Shown here in pieces: positions 36,265-44,701 of a stretch of DNA of 45,265 bases (position 1 is the first letter of the stretch; each line of letters begins with the position of its first letter). Source of the DNA: a virus (taxonomy: Duplodnaviria > Caudoviricetes); the IMG/VR virus record IMGVR_UViG_3300046778_000032, positions 1-45,265 of that record, one strand, 5' to 3'. Made by a program: the position numbers and the translations under genes. The notes under the pieces are model-generated. The model was given only the letters and a program-made list of their open reading frames with translations. It was not told the origin of the DNA and made no database searches.

Positions 36265-36443
36265 AAGTATGATATAGGTGTATTTAATTCAAAATCTTTC
36301 ATTGCTTGCATTCTTAATTTTAAAAGATCGTCGTATGTCGAATCTCCTTCGACATATCCACAATCTCTAAGGTCTGCCGCAATTTCGTCAAACTTATGTA
36401 ATACATTTATAAGTTTAATTCTATCTGTAAGTTTAGAGTTCAT
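36261..36443 (-). CDS. 60-aa hypothetical protein
   Basis: Probable start MNSKLTDRIKL at 36443; ATGA overlaps on both sides. Confidence 0.65.
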   Translation of the reverse strand: MNSKLTDRIKLINVLHKFDEIAADLRDCGYVEGDSTYDDLLKLRMQAMKDFELNTPISYL

Positions 36444-36520
36444 AATTGGTGATGTAATACGATGTTTAATAATGCGATTGTTGCTAGTATGCCTGTCATG
36501 ATTGCTAGGGTGATTTTCAT
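36440..36520 (-). CDS. 26-aa hydrophobic peptide
   Basis: MKITLAIMTGILATIALLNIVLHHQL; ATGA overlaps at both ends. Confidence 0.55.
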   Translation of the reverse strand: MKITLAIMTGILATIALLNIVLHHQL

Positions 36521-36762
36521 TTACAAATACTAAGCAAAAATTTGTTTTCGCATTCTTCGCAATAGCTTTCCGATATACAAGTGTATAGTTTGCGCATTGA
36601 GACACTTTTCAAAGATCCTTTATCGGCACGTTTGCCTAATCTTTTAAAGCATCCACAAGCACGTTGTATGACTACATCTCTTTTTATGATTTTCCAAGGT
36701 TCTATTGATTCTGAGAATGATTTAATTATTGCTTCTTCTGCTATTTGTTTTCTTGTTTTCAT
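36517..36762 (-). CDS. Cys-containing hypothetical protein
   Basis: ACGC and YCEEC motifs; operon packing. Confidence 0.7.
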   Translation of the reverse strand: MKTRKQIAEEAIIKSFSESIEPWKIIKRDVVIQRACGCFKRLGKRADKGSLKSVSMRKLYTCISESYCEECENKFLLSICK

Positions 36763-36766
36763 ATTA

Positions 36767-36994
36767 TTACAGGTTAAATACTAATCCGTTAGGGGTTACT
36801 GTTGCTTCTGATTCTTCGGGGATACCTAAACCGATTGCAAGATAGTCTCCGCATTCGTCGGATTGTTTCAAGGTATGCCCCTTGTAAGGTGCTTTCTTAC
36901 TCCATCCATTATTAATAGCTGGCACAATCCAGAATTTGTTATTGTGTTTAACGATCCAATGTAAAGGTAATGTTTGTATAGCGTAAATTTTCAT
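36767..36994 (-). CDS. Hypothetical protein
   Basis: 75-aa ORF in the early block. Confidence 0.7.
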   Translation of the reverse strand: MKIYAIQTLPLHWIVKHNNKFWIVPAINNGWSKKAPYKGHTLKQSDECGDYLAIGLGIPEESEATVTPNGLVFNL

Positions 36995-37017
36995 ATTGTG
37001 GGTATAGGTTAGGGTTG

Positions 37018-37041
37018 AAAGGGGAGGATTGAACTCCCCTT
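37018..37041 (-). terminator. Hairpin after ardC (weak terminator or processing site)
   Basis: AAGGGGAG-TTCAATC-CTCCCCTT followed by a short U tract. Confidence 0.55.
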
Positions 37042-37050
37042 AGTTATGGG

Positions 37051-37944
37051 TTAATCTTCTGATTTATCAAAGGTTTTAGCAAGGATAAAGTCAGCGGATT
37101 TCTGAGCTAATGCCGCAGCTCGAAAGAAAAATTTCGTATCAGATTTGAAGGTTTTAAGCCATGTTTGGAGATAAGCGGCGGAGTTCTCTTTCACATTTTC
37201 CACAATGCCAGCTTGTCCGCAGATGAAACAAGCGGAAAGTTCAGCTACTAACTCTTCAAATGCGTAGGGATCAGATCCAAAGTTAGCACCATTATCAAAA
37301 TCCTTACGGGCAAGCCTAGAGGCATGTCCCGTGCTGTGAGATAGCTCATGAAATAGCGTGCAATAATAAGATTCGCTAGATTCAAATGTCTTGAGGGATG
37401 GCATCCCTACAATGTCTTTCATCGGCAAATAATAAGCTTTTCCGCCCTTGTGGATAATTTGTGGACATTGAGGCATGTTATTAACAATTTGTTCGCAAGT
37501 GTCAATAACATCGTTTTCGTTATCAATTTCGACTTCCCATTTAGGTAGTTTCACCCCTTCAGTTTGTGCGATATTAAAGACTCTGTAATATCTCAGCATA
37601 AACTTTTTCTCACTAGCCGGGCATTCGCTTTCTCGTCCCTTATACTTGGCAGGGACGATCTTAGTTGCAAACGTAACCATAGTTGACTTGCTACCTTTAA
37701 CTACTGTCCCGCCGCATTCAGTAACTTGCTTAAAAGTAAGGAAAATCGAATGATCCCATTCATTGACCATGCAAGTAAGAGCAAGCATTACGGCATTTGC
37801 ACCGCGATAAGCAGACCCGCGATAATTGCGGGGAATACCTCCGATAGCCTGCCAAGGTTTGCGCCAAGGGCAAACTCCTTTTTCCAGTAGGGTTACAAGC
37901 TCACTTGTGAGAGTTTCGTAAATGTCGAATGTTTTAGTTTTCAT
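37051..37944 (-). CDS. ardC: ArdC antirestriction protein (DUF1738 plus zincin-like domain)
   Basis: PWRKPW, YRGAN, TFKQ, VFNIAQTEG, YYCTLFHELSHSTGH.SRL.R, YAFEELVAEL. Confidence 0.95.
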   Translation of the reverse strand: MKTKTFDIYETLTSELVTLLEKGVCPWRKPWQAIGGIPRNYRGSAYRGANAVMLALTCMVNEWDHSIFLTFKQVTECGGTVVKGSKSTMVTFATKIVPAKYKGRESECPASEKKFMLRYYRVFNIAQTEGVKLPKWEVEIDNENDVIDTCEQIVNNMPQCPQIIHKGGKAYYLPMKDIVGMPSLKTFESSESYYCTLFHELSHSTGHASRLARKDFDNGANFGSDPYAFEELVAELSACFICGQAGIVENVKENSAAYLQTWLKTFKSDTKFFFRAAALAQKSADFILAKTFDKSED

Positions 37945-38022
37945 TGTGATTGGTTTTAAGTTGGAAAAGTAATAGGGTCTAAAAGTTGGATTGGCAAGAA
38001 AAGAATTAAATTGTTTTAAAAA

Positions 38023-38247
38023 TCAATCTTGCTCGACAAACATTGTCGAAATTGAACCAGTTTTGATAAAAAAGGGAATTTCTTGATCGGCCCATGTTTG
38101 AGCGATTTCAGCGGTCTTAAATCCGCATTCCATTTTGAATTCCGTTTTACCGATAATCACGGAAGGGACAAATCCACCGGGAACCTTAGTAACCTTAGAA
38201 GTGATAACGAACTTGATTCCTTTTTTGTTGGTGCGTGTTGCAGTCAT
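38023..38247 (-). CDS. Hypothetical early protein
   Basis: 74-aa ORF, first in the leftward early block. Confidence 0.7.
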   Translation of the reverse strand: MTATRTNKKGIKFVITSKVTKVPGGFVPSVIIGKTEFKMECGFKTAEIAQTWADQEIPFFIKTGSISTMFVEQD

Positions 38248-38653
38248 GAAAGTAAATTGGCTTATTTCTTTTAGACCTTCAAGAAAAATCGCACTTTTAA
38301 CGAAAATAAATTTTCACCATTGAAAATCAGCGAGTTATGAAGCAACTTTTAGCTGTAAACAAATATTTTCAACAATTACCGCGCATATCCTCTTATTTGT
38401 TCCACGCTAGCCCGTGGAACCCTTATAGAATAAGGGAAATCGCTCAGGATTGATCGTAACGAAAATTTTGATACCGTATAGCCAAGAGGTGGTGTGAGCC
38501 TTTCTAGAGCTATCCTAGGGACAAATAAGGGTAAATAGGGGTAGTCAAGCTTAAAATGAGGAAAAGCTGTAAAATCTTGTAAGGTTTAGTTAAGAAAATA
38601 TTCTGAAAGTTTTTCTTGCCGATTGGGTTTAGCTATGCTTTTATTTTGTCGTT
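38248..38653. promoter_or_regulatory. Divergent non-coding control region
   Basis: TTTTCTTG-type -35 elements on both strands (38282 -, 38616 +); IHF-consensus-like AATCAGCGAGTTA; several palindromes. Confidence 0.55.
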
Positions 38654-38899
38654 ATGAATGAAATTGAACGTCTTTCAAACTTAATTGCAGAGCGTAAAGC
38701 TGAATACATCCAAACGCATGGAAATTCTCTTTATGAACTTATTCCTTTAGATTTAGATTTCCTTACAAGTGAAGAAAAAGAAGAATTTCACAAAGCGAAA
38801 CTTGCTTTGCCATCACAAGGTCAACTTATGAAAGAGGCAAGGGAAAGACTTTTAAAGCGTGTAATGGATAGAAATTCAAAAAAAAGTAACCCACCATAA
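38654..38899 (+). CDS. Hypothetical protein (isolated + strand gene)
   Basis: 81-aa ORF with its own promoter-like element and terminator. Confidence 0.7.
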   Translation: MNEIERLSNLIAERKAEYIQTHGNSLYELIPLDLDFLTSEEKEEFHKAKLALPSQGQLMKEARERLLKRVMDRNSKKSNPP

Positions 38900-38905
38900 A
38901 CAAGC

Positions 38906-38939
38906 AAACCCTAGCTAGGTCAAACTAGCTAGGGTTTTT
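38906..38939 (+). terminator. Terminator between convergent genes
   Basis: AAACCCTAGCTAG-GTCAAA-CTAGCTAGGGTTTTT. Confidence 0.85.
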
Positions 38940-39209
38940 CTTTGGCACGCGATTGACTGTCAAATCACGATCATCCGGTAAAGCTTCTCTGTTATAACAA
39001 GCAACCCATCCCATTATAAAGCCTTTGATCGTCGCTATATGCTGAGATAAAGCTAGTTTATCCAATGGGAATTGAGTAGGTGTGACTTTAATCATACCCT
39101 TGTCAACCTCATGCCTCGCAACCGTGCAAGGCATTTCGGCATCTTGCAAGGCATAGTAGAGAGACAATGTTTCGTCTGATTGTGGAAATTCTATTAGAAA
39201 ATGTTTCAT
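38925..39209 (-). CDS. Hypothetical protein
   Basis: 94-aa ORF downstream of the helicase. Confidence 0.7.
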   Translation of the reverse strand: MKHFLIEFPQSDETLSLYYALQDAEMPCTVARHEVDKGMIKVTPTQFPLDKLALSQHIATIKGFIMGWVACYNREALPDDRDLTVNRVPKKNPS

Positions 39210-39213
39210 AATA

Positions 39214-40863
39214 TCAAAACGGTTCGTCTATTTGTTCACTTCCGAAAGTTGTTCCTGTATAATCAAAATCCATGACTTTCTTAAACTCTGTATCAAGCCT
39301 AACTCTAATATGACTTGCAAAGTATAGTTCATCCGTCCGGGTCAAAGCTTCTGCTGTTGTCGTAGGGATAGGGGTTTGATCTAGCTGAAATGTGCGTGAT
39401 GCTTTTCGCCACCACTCCCGTGCTTTGTGTCCTGCTGGTTCAGGGTGTTCCAAGCAAATCCAATGCTTGAAAAACCTTAGTCCGCATTGATAGGTTATAC
39501 ATATACTATCAGGTTTATCGCGCTTTTTATGTATATTGTAAGTAATGCCGTTGACTTTGAAAATTTCTATAACAATTTCCTCTTTTCTAATCAATTCATC
39601 TTGACTTGCTTCAGATCGAATCTTGACAATTTTCGGAAACTCATATCCGCAGTTTGAACAAATCCTAACACTAGCATGATTATACATGCCGCAATTATCG
39701 CAAATTTTAACAGGTGCTTCTCTCTTAACGTCACCTTTCTTTTTTATAGGTTTAGGAATTATAGGATCATTGATTGGACCTAACCGTTTAGTATTAGCTG
39801 CAAAATCCATTACAAGACAGTTGACTTTTCCCTCGCAAGGTCTAGTTCCACGTCCTAACATTTGGACCCATAAACTAGGGCTAACTGTAGGTCTAAGAAC
39901 TCCTATCATATCAATGCCGGGAAAATCCACTCCGGTTGTTAGACAGTTGTTATTTACTGCCGCTCTTACCTGTCCTGATTTCCACAATTTGAAATTCTCG
40001 TTTCTCTCAGCATTACCAAGTTTTGAATGGATAGATACGCAAGGAATGTTATATTTAAGGTTTAGTAATGCCGAAATTCTATCACAATGTTCTGTTCCAG
40101 TAGCAAAAATTAACCAGTGTTTTCTGTCAAATCCTTGCACTATCATTTCTTCAAGTGCATCAACTGTTATAGAATCGACATTGAAACGCTCTTGCATTTC
40201 ACTAACTATAAAATCTCCGTTTATATGCAATCCCTCTACATCCAATTCCCTCTTTGTCCTAAGCGGTATCAAAGGTGCAAGAAAACCCTCTTCTAGCAAC
40301 CTGTTAAAGGCTGACATGCCTGTAATATCATAACAGAAATCTGTAAACAATCCATCGTTTGTTAGCATACCTTGGCCTAGCCTGTAAGGTGTAGCTGTCA
40401 AACCTACTATAACAAGAAAAGGATTATATCGCTTCAAATCATCAATGAATTTTCTATACATGGTTGAAGTTTTAGGCGACAATAAATGTGCCTCGTCTAT
40501 TATTAAAATATCTATATTCTGAAAGATATGAGCTTTCTTATGTATAGACCCAATACCTGCATAGGTAATGGGAAAACCTACGTCTTTTCTATCTAGTCCG
40601 CTGCTATAAATTCCTGCTGGAGCATTGGGCCATATTCTCAACAAAGTCTTGTAGTTTTGTTCTATCAATTCCTTGACATGAGTTGTCATTAGAATTCTTT
40701 GACTGAAACCATACCTTTCAAATATAGCTTTGATAAGCATTGCAAGCACAAGACTTTTACCCGTGCCTGTCGGCATTGCTATAAGAGGATTGCCTATCTT
40801 ACCACTAGCAAAGAAATCAAAAAAGCTTTGCACAGCTTCAGCTTGATAGTAACGAGGTTTCAT
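39214..40863 (-). CDS. SF2 DEAH helicase (RadD/YejH-like) with a Zn finger
   Basis: PTGTGKS, DEAH, GLTATP, LTTGVDFP, QMLGRGTR, CDNC..CSNC. Confidence 0.95.
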   Translation of the reverse strand: MKPRYYQAEAVQSFFDFFASGKIGNPLIAMPTGTGKSLVLAMLIKAIFERYGFSQRILMTTHVKELIEQNYKTLLRIWPNAPAGIYSSGLDRKDVGFPITYAGIGSIHKKAHIFQNIDILIIDEAHLLSPKTSTMYRKFIDDLKRYNPFLVIVGLTATPYRLGQGMLTNDGLFTDFCYDITGMSAFNRLLEEGFLAPLIPLRTKRELDVEGLHINGDFIVSEMQERFNVDSITVDALEEMIVQGFDRKHWLIFATGTEHCDRISALLNLKYNIPCVSIHSKLGNAERNENFKLWKSGQVRAAVNNNCLTTGVDFPGIDMIGVLRPTVSPSLWVQMLGRGTRPCEGKVNCLVMDFAANTKRLGPINDPIIPKPIKKKGDVKREAPVKICDNCGMYNHASVRICSNCGYEFPKIVKIRSEASQDELIRKEEIVIEIFKVNGITYNIHKKRDKPDSICITYQCGLRFFKHWICLEHPEPAGHKAREWWRKASRTFQLDQTPIPTTTAEALTRTDELYFASHIRVRLDTEFKKVMDFDYTGTTFGSEQIDEPF

Positions 40864-41153
40864 TGCCTACAAGATGCTAACAATTCTTTCCCTTTATCAG
40901 TTATACCGTATAACTTTTTTCGTCTATCTTCGATACTATACTCTTGGATAAATCCTAGTTTTTCTGCTGCATCTTTAACTGTGGTCATACTAGATGCACT
41001 AACGTTTATAATTTGTGCTACATCGGTTAGGTTCATTTCTGTTTCTTCTACTAGTGCAACCATGATTAACACAGATAAACTTATCTCATGTTTGTGCAAA
41101 GTTGATTGTATCTTAACTAAATTTTCCGCTGAGTTGATAGTTATCGCATCCAT
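40860..41153 (-). CDS. MarR-like winged-helix protein
   Basis: NLTDVAQII.VSASSMT...EKLGFI...EDRRKK..ITDKGK. Confidence 0.85.
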   Translation of the reverse strand: MDAITINSAENLVKIQSTLHKHEISLSVLIMVALVEETEMNLTDVAQIINVSASSMTTVKDAAEKLGFIQEYSIEDRRKKLYGITDKGKELLASCRQ

Positions 41154-41982
41154 TTAATAATCCTTTCTTGTCTTTTAGTTTGTTCGTTAGTCCGCATTTC
41201 CATTGTCCTTCAGGTAACATAATTACATTCATGCAAGTGCGGCAATTTCTAGCAGGTGTTTCATTCAACTGACAGATTCCCTTGTGTGGACAAAATAAGC
41301 ATTTGAACGATGAAGGATTTTTGTCGATCTTTGGTGGAGGTTCGTCACTATAAATAGCATTTTTTGCTTTCTGTTGCAATGCTGGAATACAAGCAGTATC
41401 GTAACTAACTATCTCAAAATGCAAAGTGTCGTCGTTTTTATTTACCACACAATACAAGGCATATTTTAAAACCTTATAGTGCATGTATATCTGCATTTGT
41501 GCATAATGAACAGGCTTGGCTGACCTAACGCCTTTTCCTAAGCTAGTATCGTATTTTTTGCTTTTTGAATTCCATCCGTGAAGCTCTTTAAAAGCTTTGT
41601 CCGCACTTGTTTTAAATTCTACTAAGCACCATTCGTTAGGTAAATAAGGTATAGCATAAATAATTCCATCCAAAGATCCTCCGAAATGTCCATCAAAATC
41701 AGATATAGTAAATTGCTCACCTGTTACTAGATCCTTTGTATATATTTCGCAACCTGCTTTTTTTAGTATATCTTCAAATCTGTTTTCTTCATCATGTCCG
41801 CGATTAAACAATCTAAGCAATTTGTTTTTGTGCTTGATATTACTTGCCCAACGGAAACCATACCATGCACGTCTAACACATTCCTCGCCTATTTCACTTG
41901 CTCCAAGGTGCATTCTTGGACCTTGCTCCATTGGCAAAGATTCTATTTTTGCAGATAGCTTTGTGGCAATTATAGGTTTCAT
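41113..41982 (-). CDS. Cas4-like / PD-(D/E)XK exonuclease
   Basis: HLGASEIGEEC.R..WY, GSLDG, VEFKT, QMQIYM, C-terminal Cys clusters. Confidence 0.9.
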   Translation of the reverse strand: MKPIIATKLSAKIESLPMEQGPRMHLGASEIGEECVRRAWYGFRWASNIKHKNKLLRLFNRGHDEENRFEDILKKAGCEIYTKDLVTGEQFTISDFDGHFGGSLDGIIYAIPYLPNEWCLVEFKTSADKAFKELHGWNSKSKKYDTSLGKGVRSAKPVHYAQMQIYMHYKVLKYALYCVVNKNDDTLHFEIVSYDTACIPALQQKAKNAIYSDEPPPKIDKNPSSFKCLFCPHKGICQLNETPARNCRTCMNVIMLPEGQWKCGLTNKLKDKKGLLNGCDNYQLSGKFS

Positions 41983-42476
41983 TCCGTATCTGGATTAGTG
42001 CAAGATAAAGTTAAAGCGTTTCCTGTTTTACCGCAATTTAAACACTTATTTGTATCACTACTTACATTATGCGTTGGATGAAACATAACTAGATTATCAC
42101 CTAAATGCTTTTTAATTCTATTATAATATTTATCGCTAGGCCAAAGTTCTCCACAAATAGAACATTTGCCGTTAGCCTCTAAATTCAAATTATCTAATGT
42201 ATGGTTGATAGGGCATATAGTTTTTTCAGCTTCACAATAAGTAGCTTTAGCTGTTATATCTTCAATGTATTTAATTGCTTCATCTAAGCAATGTCTTGCT
42301 TTTTTTAGATCATCTAGCTGTTTAGTTTCATCACCTTTGATCCTGAAACTATATTTAATTGCATCTGCTCGTCTAGCATCTACAAAAGCATTTCCGCTGC
42401 TAATCATAGATTTTTGCAAATCCCAAGGTTGTAAACCTTTGCCGTAGTGTGCTCCACCTGCTTCGTTAGTGTTCAT
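41979..42476 (-). CDS. DUF3310-like protein with C-terminal Cys/His motifs
   Basis: GGAHY..LQPWD, AIKYSFR, DLKKARHCL. Confidence 0.8.
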   Translation of the reverse strand: MNTNEAGGAHYGKGLQPWDLQKSMISSGNAFVDARRADAIKYSFRIKGDETKQLDDLKKARHCLDEAIKYIEDITAKATYCEAEKTICPINHTLDNLNLEANGKCSICGELWPSDKYYNRIKKHLGDNLVMFHPTHNVSSDTNKCLNCGKTGNALTLSCTNPDTE

Positions 42477-42621
42477 TGTTTACCATTGCTAGAAGTTCTT
42501 GTTTCAAATCCATAACTTTTATAGATTCGCTTAATCCACCATCTTCATATTTACCGGCATCATAAGCATCTAATTTAGCATCTATGTATTCAAGAAGTTT
42601 TTCTAATAGTTCTTGATTCAT
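42466..42621 (-). CDS. 51-aa hypothetical protein
   Basis: MNQELLEKLLEYIDAKLDAYDAGKYEDGG...; ATGA overlap with the thyX stop. Confidence 0.65.
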   Translation of the reverse strand: MNQELLEKLLEYIDAKLDAYDAGKYEDGGLSESIKVMDLKQELLAMVNNEH

Positions 42622-43328
42622 ATTGTAGCTTTTCTATTTATATTGATTAATGCAATCTCTTCATTAGTCAAATACATAGATTTACCGTCTTCAACAATTT
42701 TACTAATGTTAGGAAACTGTGTCTTAAAGATTTCAAACATTTCTTCAGCTAACAAACGATGTTCTTTTTGTGCATGTGAATCCAATCGTTGCCAGAAATA
42801 AGTGATCCAACTTCTAATAGATCCTTTCATATAAGCTCTAGTTTCTACCGCCATAGGTAAAGCCATTCTAGCGCATTCTGGAGCTACGTTATGAGCTAAT
42901 AAATCATAGTAAATTGCTTCGTTAGCCTTACAAGCTTGGATAAGATGAAACGTCTCGTCTGCTAACCTTTCCCCGCTTCCCTGACGATTGCTAGAGGCTT
43001 TTGCGCGTGCTTCTAGGTGGTTCCAGTCCATCGGCTCTACCCCATTTCCTACGGGTGAATATCGCTGCGAAAATTCCTGAAAATCAAAGCTATAATGTCG
43101 AAGAATCTGAGCCATGATTGCACGACTAGTATAAATCTCTAACGTCATATCAACCATAGAAAATACACTCCAATGACCGTTAACTAGACAATACTTTAAC
43201 AGCTTAAAAGCTGTATCATGTTTGTCCTGATTTTGTGGTGATGAAACTCTAGCTTGATAGGCTATGAATTCTTCCGCTGTCATTTGTTCGACAGGGCGAG
43301 TAACTGCTATTAGTTTTGGTGATTGCAT
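42618..43328 (-). CDS. thyX: FAD-dependent thymidylate synthase
   Basis: GHWSVF, QILRH..FQEFSQRY, ECARMALP, HAQKEHR. Confidence 0.95.
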   Translation of the reverse strand: MQSPKLIAVTRPVEQMTAEEFIAYQARVSSPQNQDKHDTAFKLLKYCLVNGHWSVFSMVDMTLEIYTSRAIMAQILRHYSFDFQEFSQRYSPVGNGVEPMDWNHLEARAKASSNRQGSGERLADETFHLIQACKANEAIYYDLLAHNVAPECARMALPMAVETRAYMKGSIRSWITYFWQRLDSHAQKEHRLLAEEMFEIFKTQFPNISKIVEDGKSMYLTNEEIALININRKATI

Positions 43329-43332
43329 AAGT

Positions 43333-43608
43333 TTAAATTAAATGATACCAATGAAGAAAATTGGTTGTGTCTTTTCCTAACCATTGAAAAAATTCCAATG
43401 TTACTTGTTTTGCTTTATCTTTATTCTTTGATAAAAGTTTGCATGTTTCTTCATCTGCAACTTCTATTAAAAAAGGAATTATTCCCTCTAAAGGTAAAGA
43501 CAAATCTTTGTTATAATACCAATGCAAAGTCCAACTAGATAATTGCCATTTTGTATTGATAGGTATAGCAAAAGTTTGACCAGTTGGACCTTGTATTGGT
43601 ATGTCCAT
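43333..43608 (-). CDS. Hypothetical protein
   Basis: 91-aa ORF in the operon. Confidence 0.7.
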   Translation of the reverse strand: MDIPIQGPTGQTFAIPINTKWQLSSWTLHWYYNKDLSLPLEGIIPFLIEVADEETCKLLSKNKDKAKQVTLEFFQWLGKDTTNFLHWYHLI

Positions 43609-43624
43609 TATTCTAAATTATCTA

Positions 43625-44197
43625 TTAAAGGTTGTTTGCTTCAAAAGCATATTTATTTTCTGCTTCAATAGGATCATTAACAATTTCTTCATTCGCTTTG
43701 TCAACTCTATTTTTTGCAGCTTGATCGGAGTATTTAAATCCTTCGTATCGCTTTGCTAGCTTGCTAATATTATGAGCTTCCACATCTTTAATCGTCTTAC
43801 CGATAGTAGTAGCAAAATGACCAATCCAGCCTTTAAGATTATGATAGACATAAACAAGGTTTTTAGTGTCTAGCTCTTGCTCATAAAATACATGCCGCTT
43901 AACAACTTGGAAACAAAGCTGCATCATTTCGTTACAACCTAACGCAACCATTTTATGCTTACTTAGGTGTTTTTCATGTCCTATAATCAAAGCTTCTGTA
44001 TAAAACAATAAATCTCCTAGTTCTTCTAGCTGATTCTCTTTATCATTCTTATCTTGTGCTAGACGAAACTCAAAGTATTCATCTGCTAATCCATTGCTTG
44101 CATGTAGCAAGTTACATTTTGCATGATCCAAGCTGAGTAAAATTAGATTAGGATTTTTTGTTAATACTGATACCATTTCTTGATGTTTTGTTTTCAT
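43625..44197 (-). CDS. MazG-like nucleotide pyrophosphohydrolase
   Basis: LLHASNGLADE, EELGDLLFY, HNISKLAKRY..YSDQAA..R.D. Confidence 0.85.
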   Translation of the reverse strand: MKTKHQEMVSVLTKNPNLILLSLDHAKCNLLHASNGLADEYFEFRLAQDKNDKENQLEELGDLLFYTEALIIGHEKHLSKHKMVALGCNEMMQLCFQVVKRHVFYEQELDTKNLVYVYHNLKGWIGHFATTIGKTIKDVEAHNISKLAKRYEGFKYSDQAAKNRVDKANEEIVNDPIEAENKYAFEANNL

Positions 44198-44478
44198 TAG
44201 TTATATGCTTTGTTTGTTTCCTTTTTAACTTCTTTTATATCTTCAAGTGTTCTGAATCTGTCAGAAGAAAATCCGTTTTCGATACCTTTAGGATTAGGTG
44301 GGTTTATTAACTCTTGTAACAATATAGCACAAGTTTCTTTCATGTCGTAATCAAATGCTGGAACTAAGTCCCTAACTGTGTAAACTCTTCCGTTCTTTGG
44401 AAAGCTTGTCATGCTTTGTAAAATATCGAATGAGAATTTATCGTTAACACAAATTACTTTTTGCCCTATATCAAACAT
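44197..44478 (-). CDS. Hypothetical protein
   Basis: MFDIGQKVICVND..G.VYTVR..F.SDRFR; ATG at 44478 preferred. Confidence 0.75.
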   Translation of the reverse strand: MFDIGQKVICVNDKFSFDILQSMTSFPKNGRVYTVRDLVPAFDYDMKETCAILLQELINPPNPKGIENGFSSDRFRTLEDIKEVKKETNKAYN

Positions 44479-44607
44479 GATGTTATTTTTATAAATTGGA
44501 ACAGGTTGCAAGTTAGATAACGTCTAAACATCATGCAACCTGTAATGCTTCTAGTTTCTTTGGTCGATTCAATCTTAACCGCAACCAGTTTACTAACTGA
44601 TAAAAGA

Positions 44608-44691
44608 TGGTGCTAGCTGCGGGACTCGAACCCGCAAACCTTTCGGCGATTGATTTTAAGTCAATAGAGTTTACCATTTCTCCAAGCTAGC
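44608..44691 (-). tRNA. tRNA-Leu(UAA) with encoded CCA
   Basis: GCTAGCT acceptor; ATTGA-CTTAAAA-TCAAT anticodon arm; long variable arm; GCGGGTTCGAGTCCCGC T-arm; ACCA end. Confidence 0.95.
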
Positions 44692-44701
44692 ATTGCGGAA
44701 A

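Noticed and set aside
36261-36605. 114-aa ORF as given in the track
   Set aside because: The ATGA overlap chain supports a start at 36443, with separate 26-aa and 81-aa genes upstream
37019-37041. tRNA fragment or second CRISPR repeat (GTTCAATCC / GGATTGAAC)
   Set aside because: Only a single stem-loop after the ardC stop; no cloverleaf and no GTCGC start
38398-38420. parS site (GTTCCAC / GTGGAAC half-sites)
   Set aside because: The half-sites are separated by 8 nt instead of abutting, and I recognised no ParA/ParB gene
39686-40333. Long antisense ORFs (also 18461-18940, 17687-18094, 40699-41157, 898-1206)
   Set aside because: Shadows of well-supported genes on the opposite strand, with no motifs
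41113-41982. Cas4 as part of a CRISPR-Cas locus linked to the solitary repeat
   Set aside because: No cas1/cas2 or array; it sits in a helicase-nuclease replication module typical of phages, more than 5 kb from the repeat
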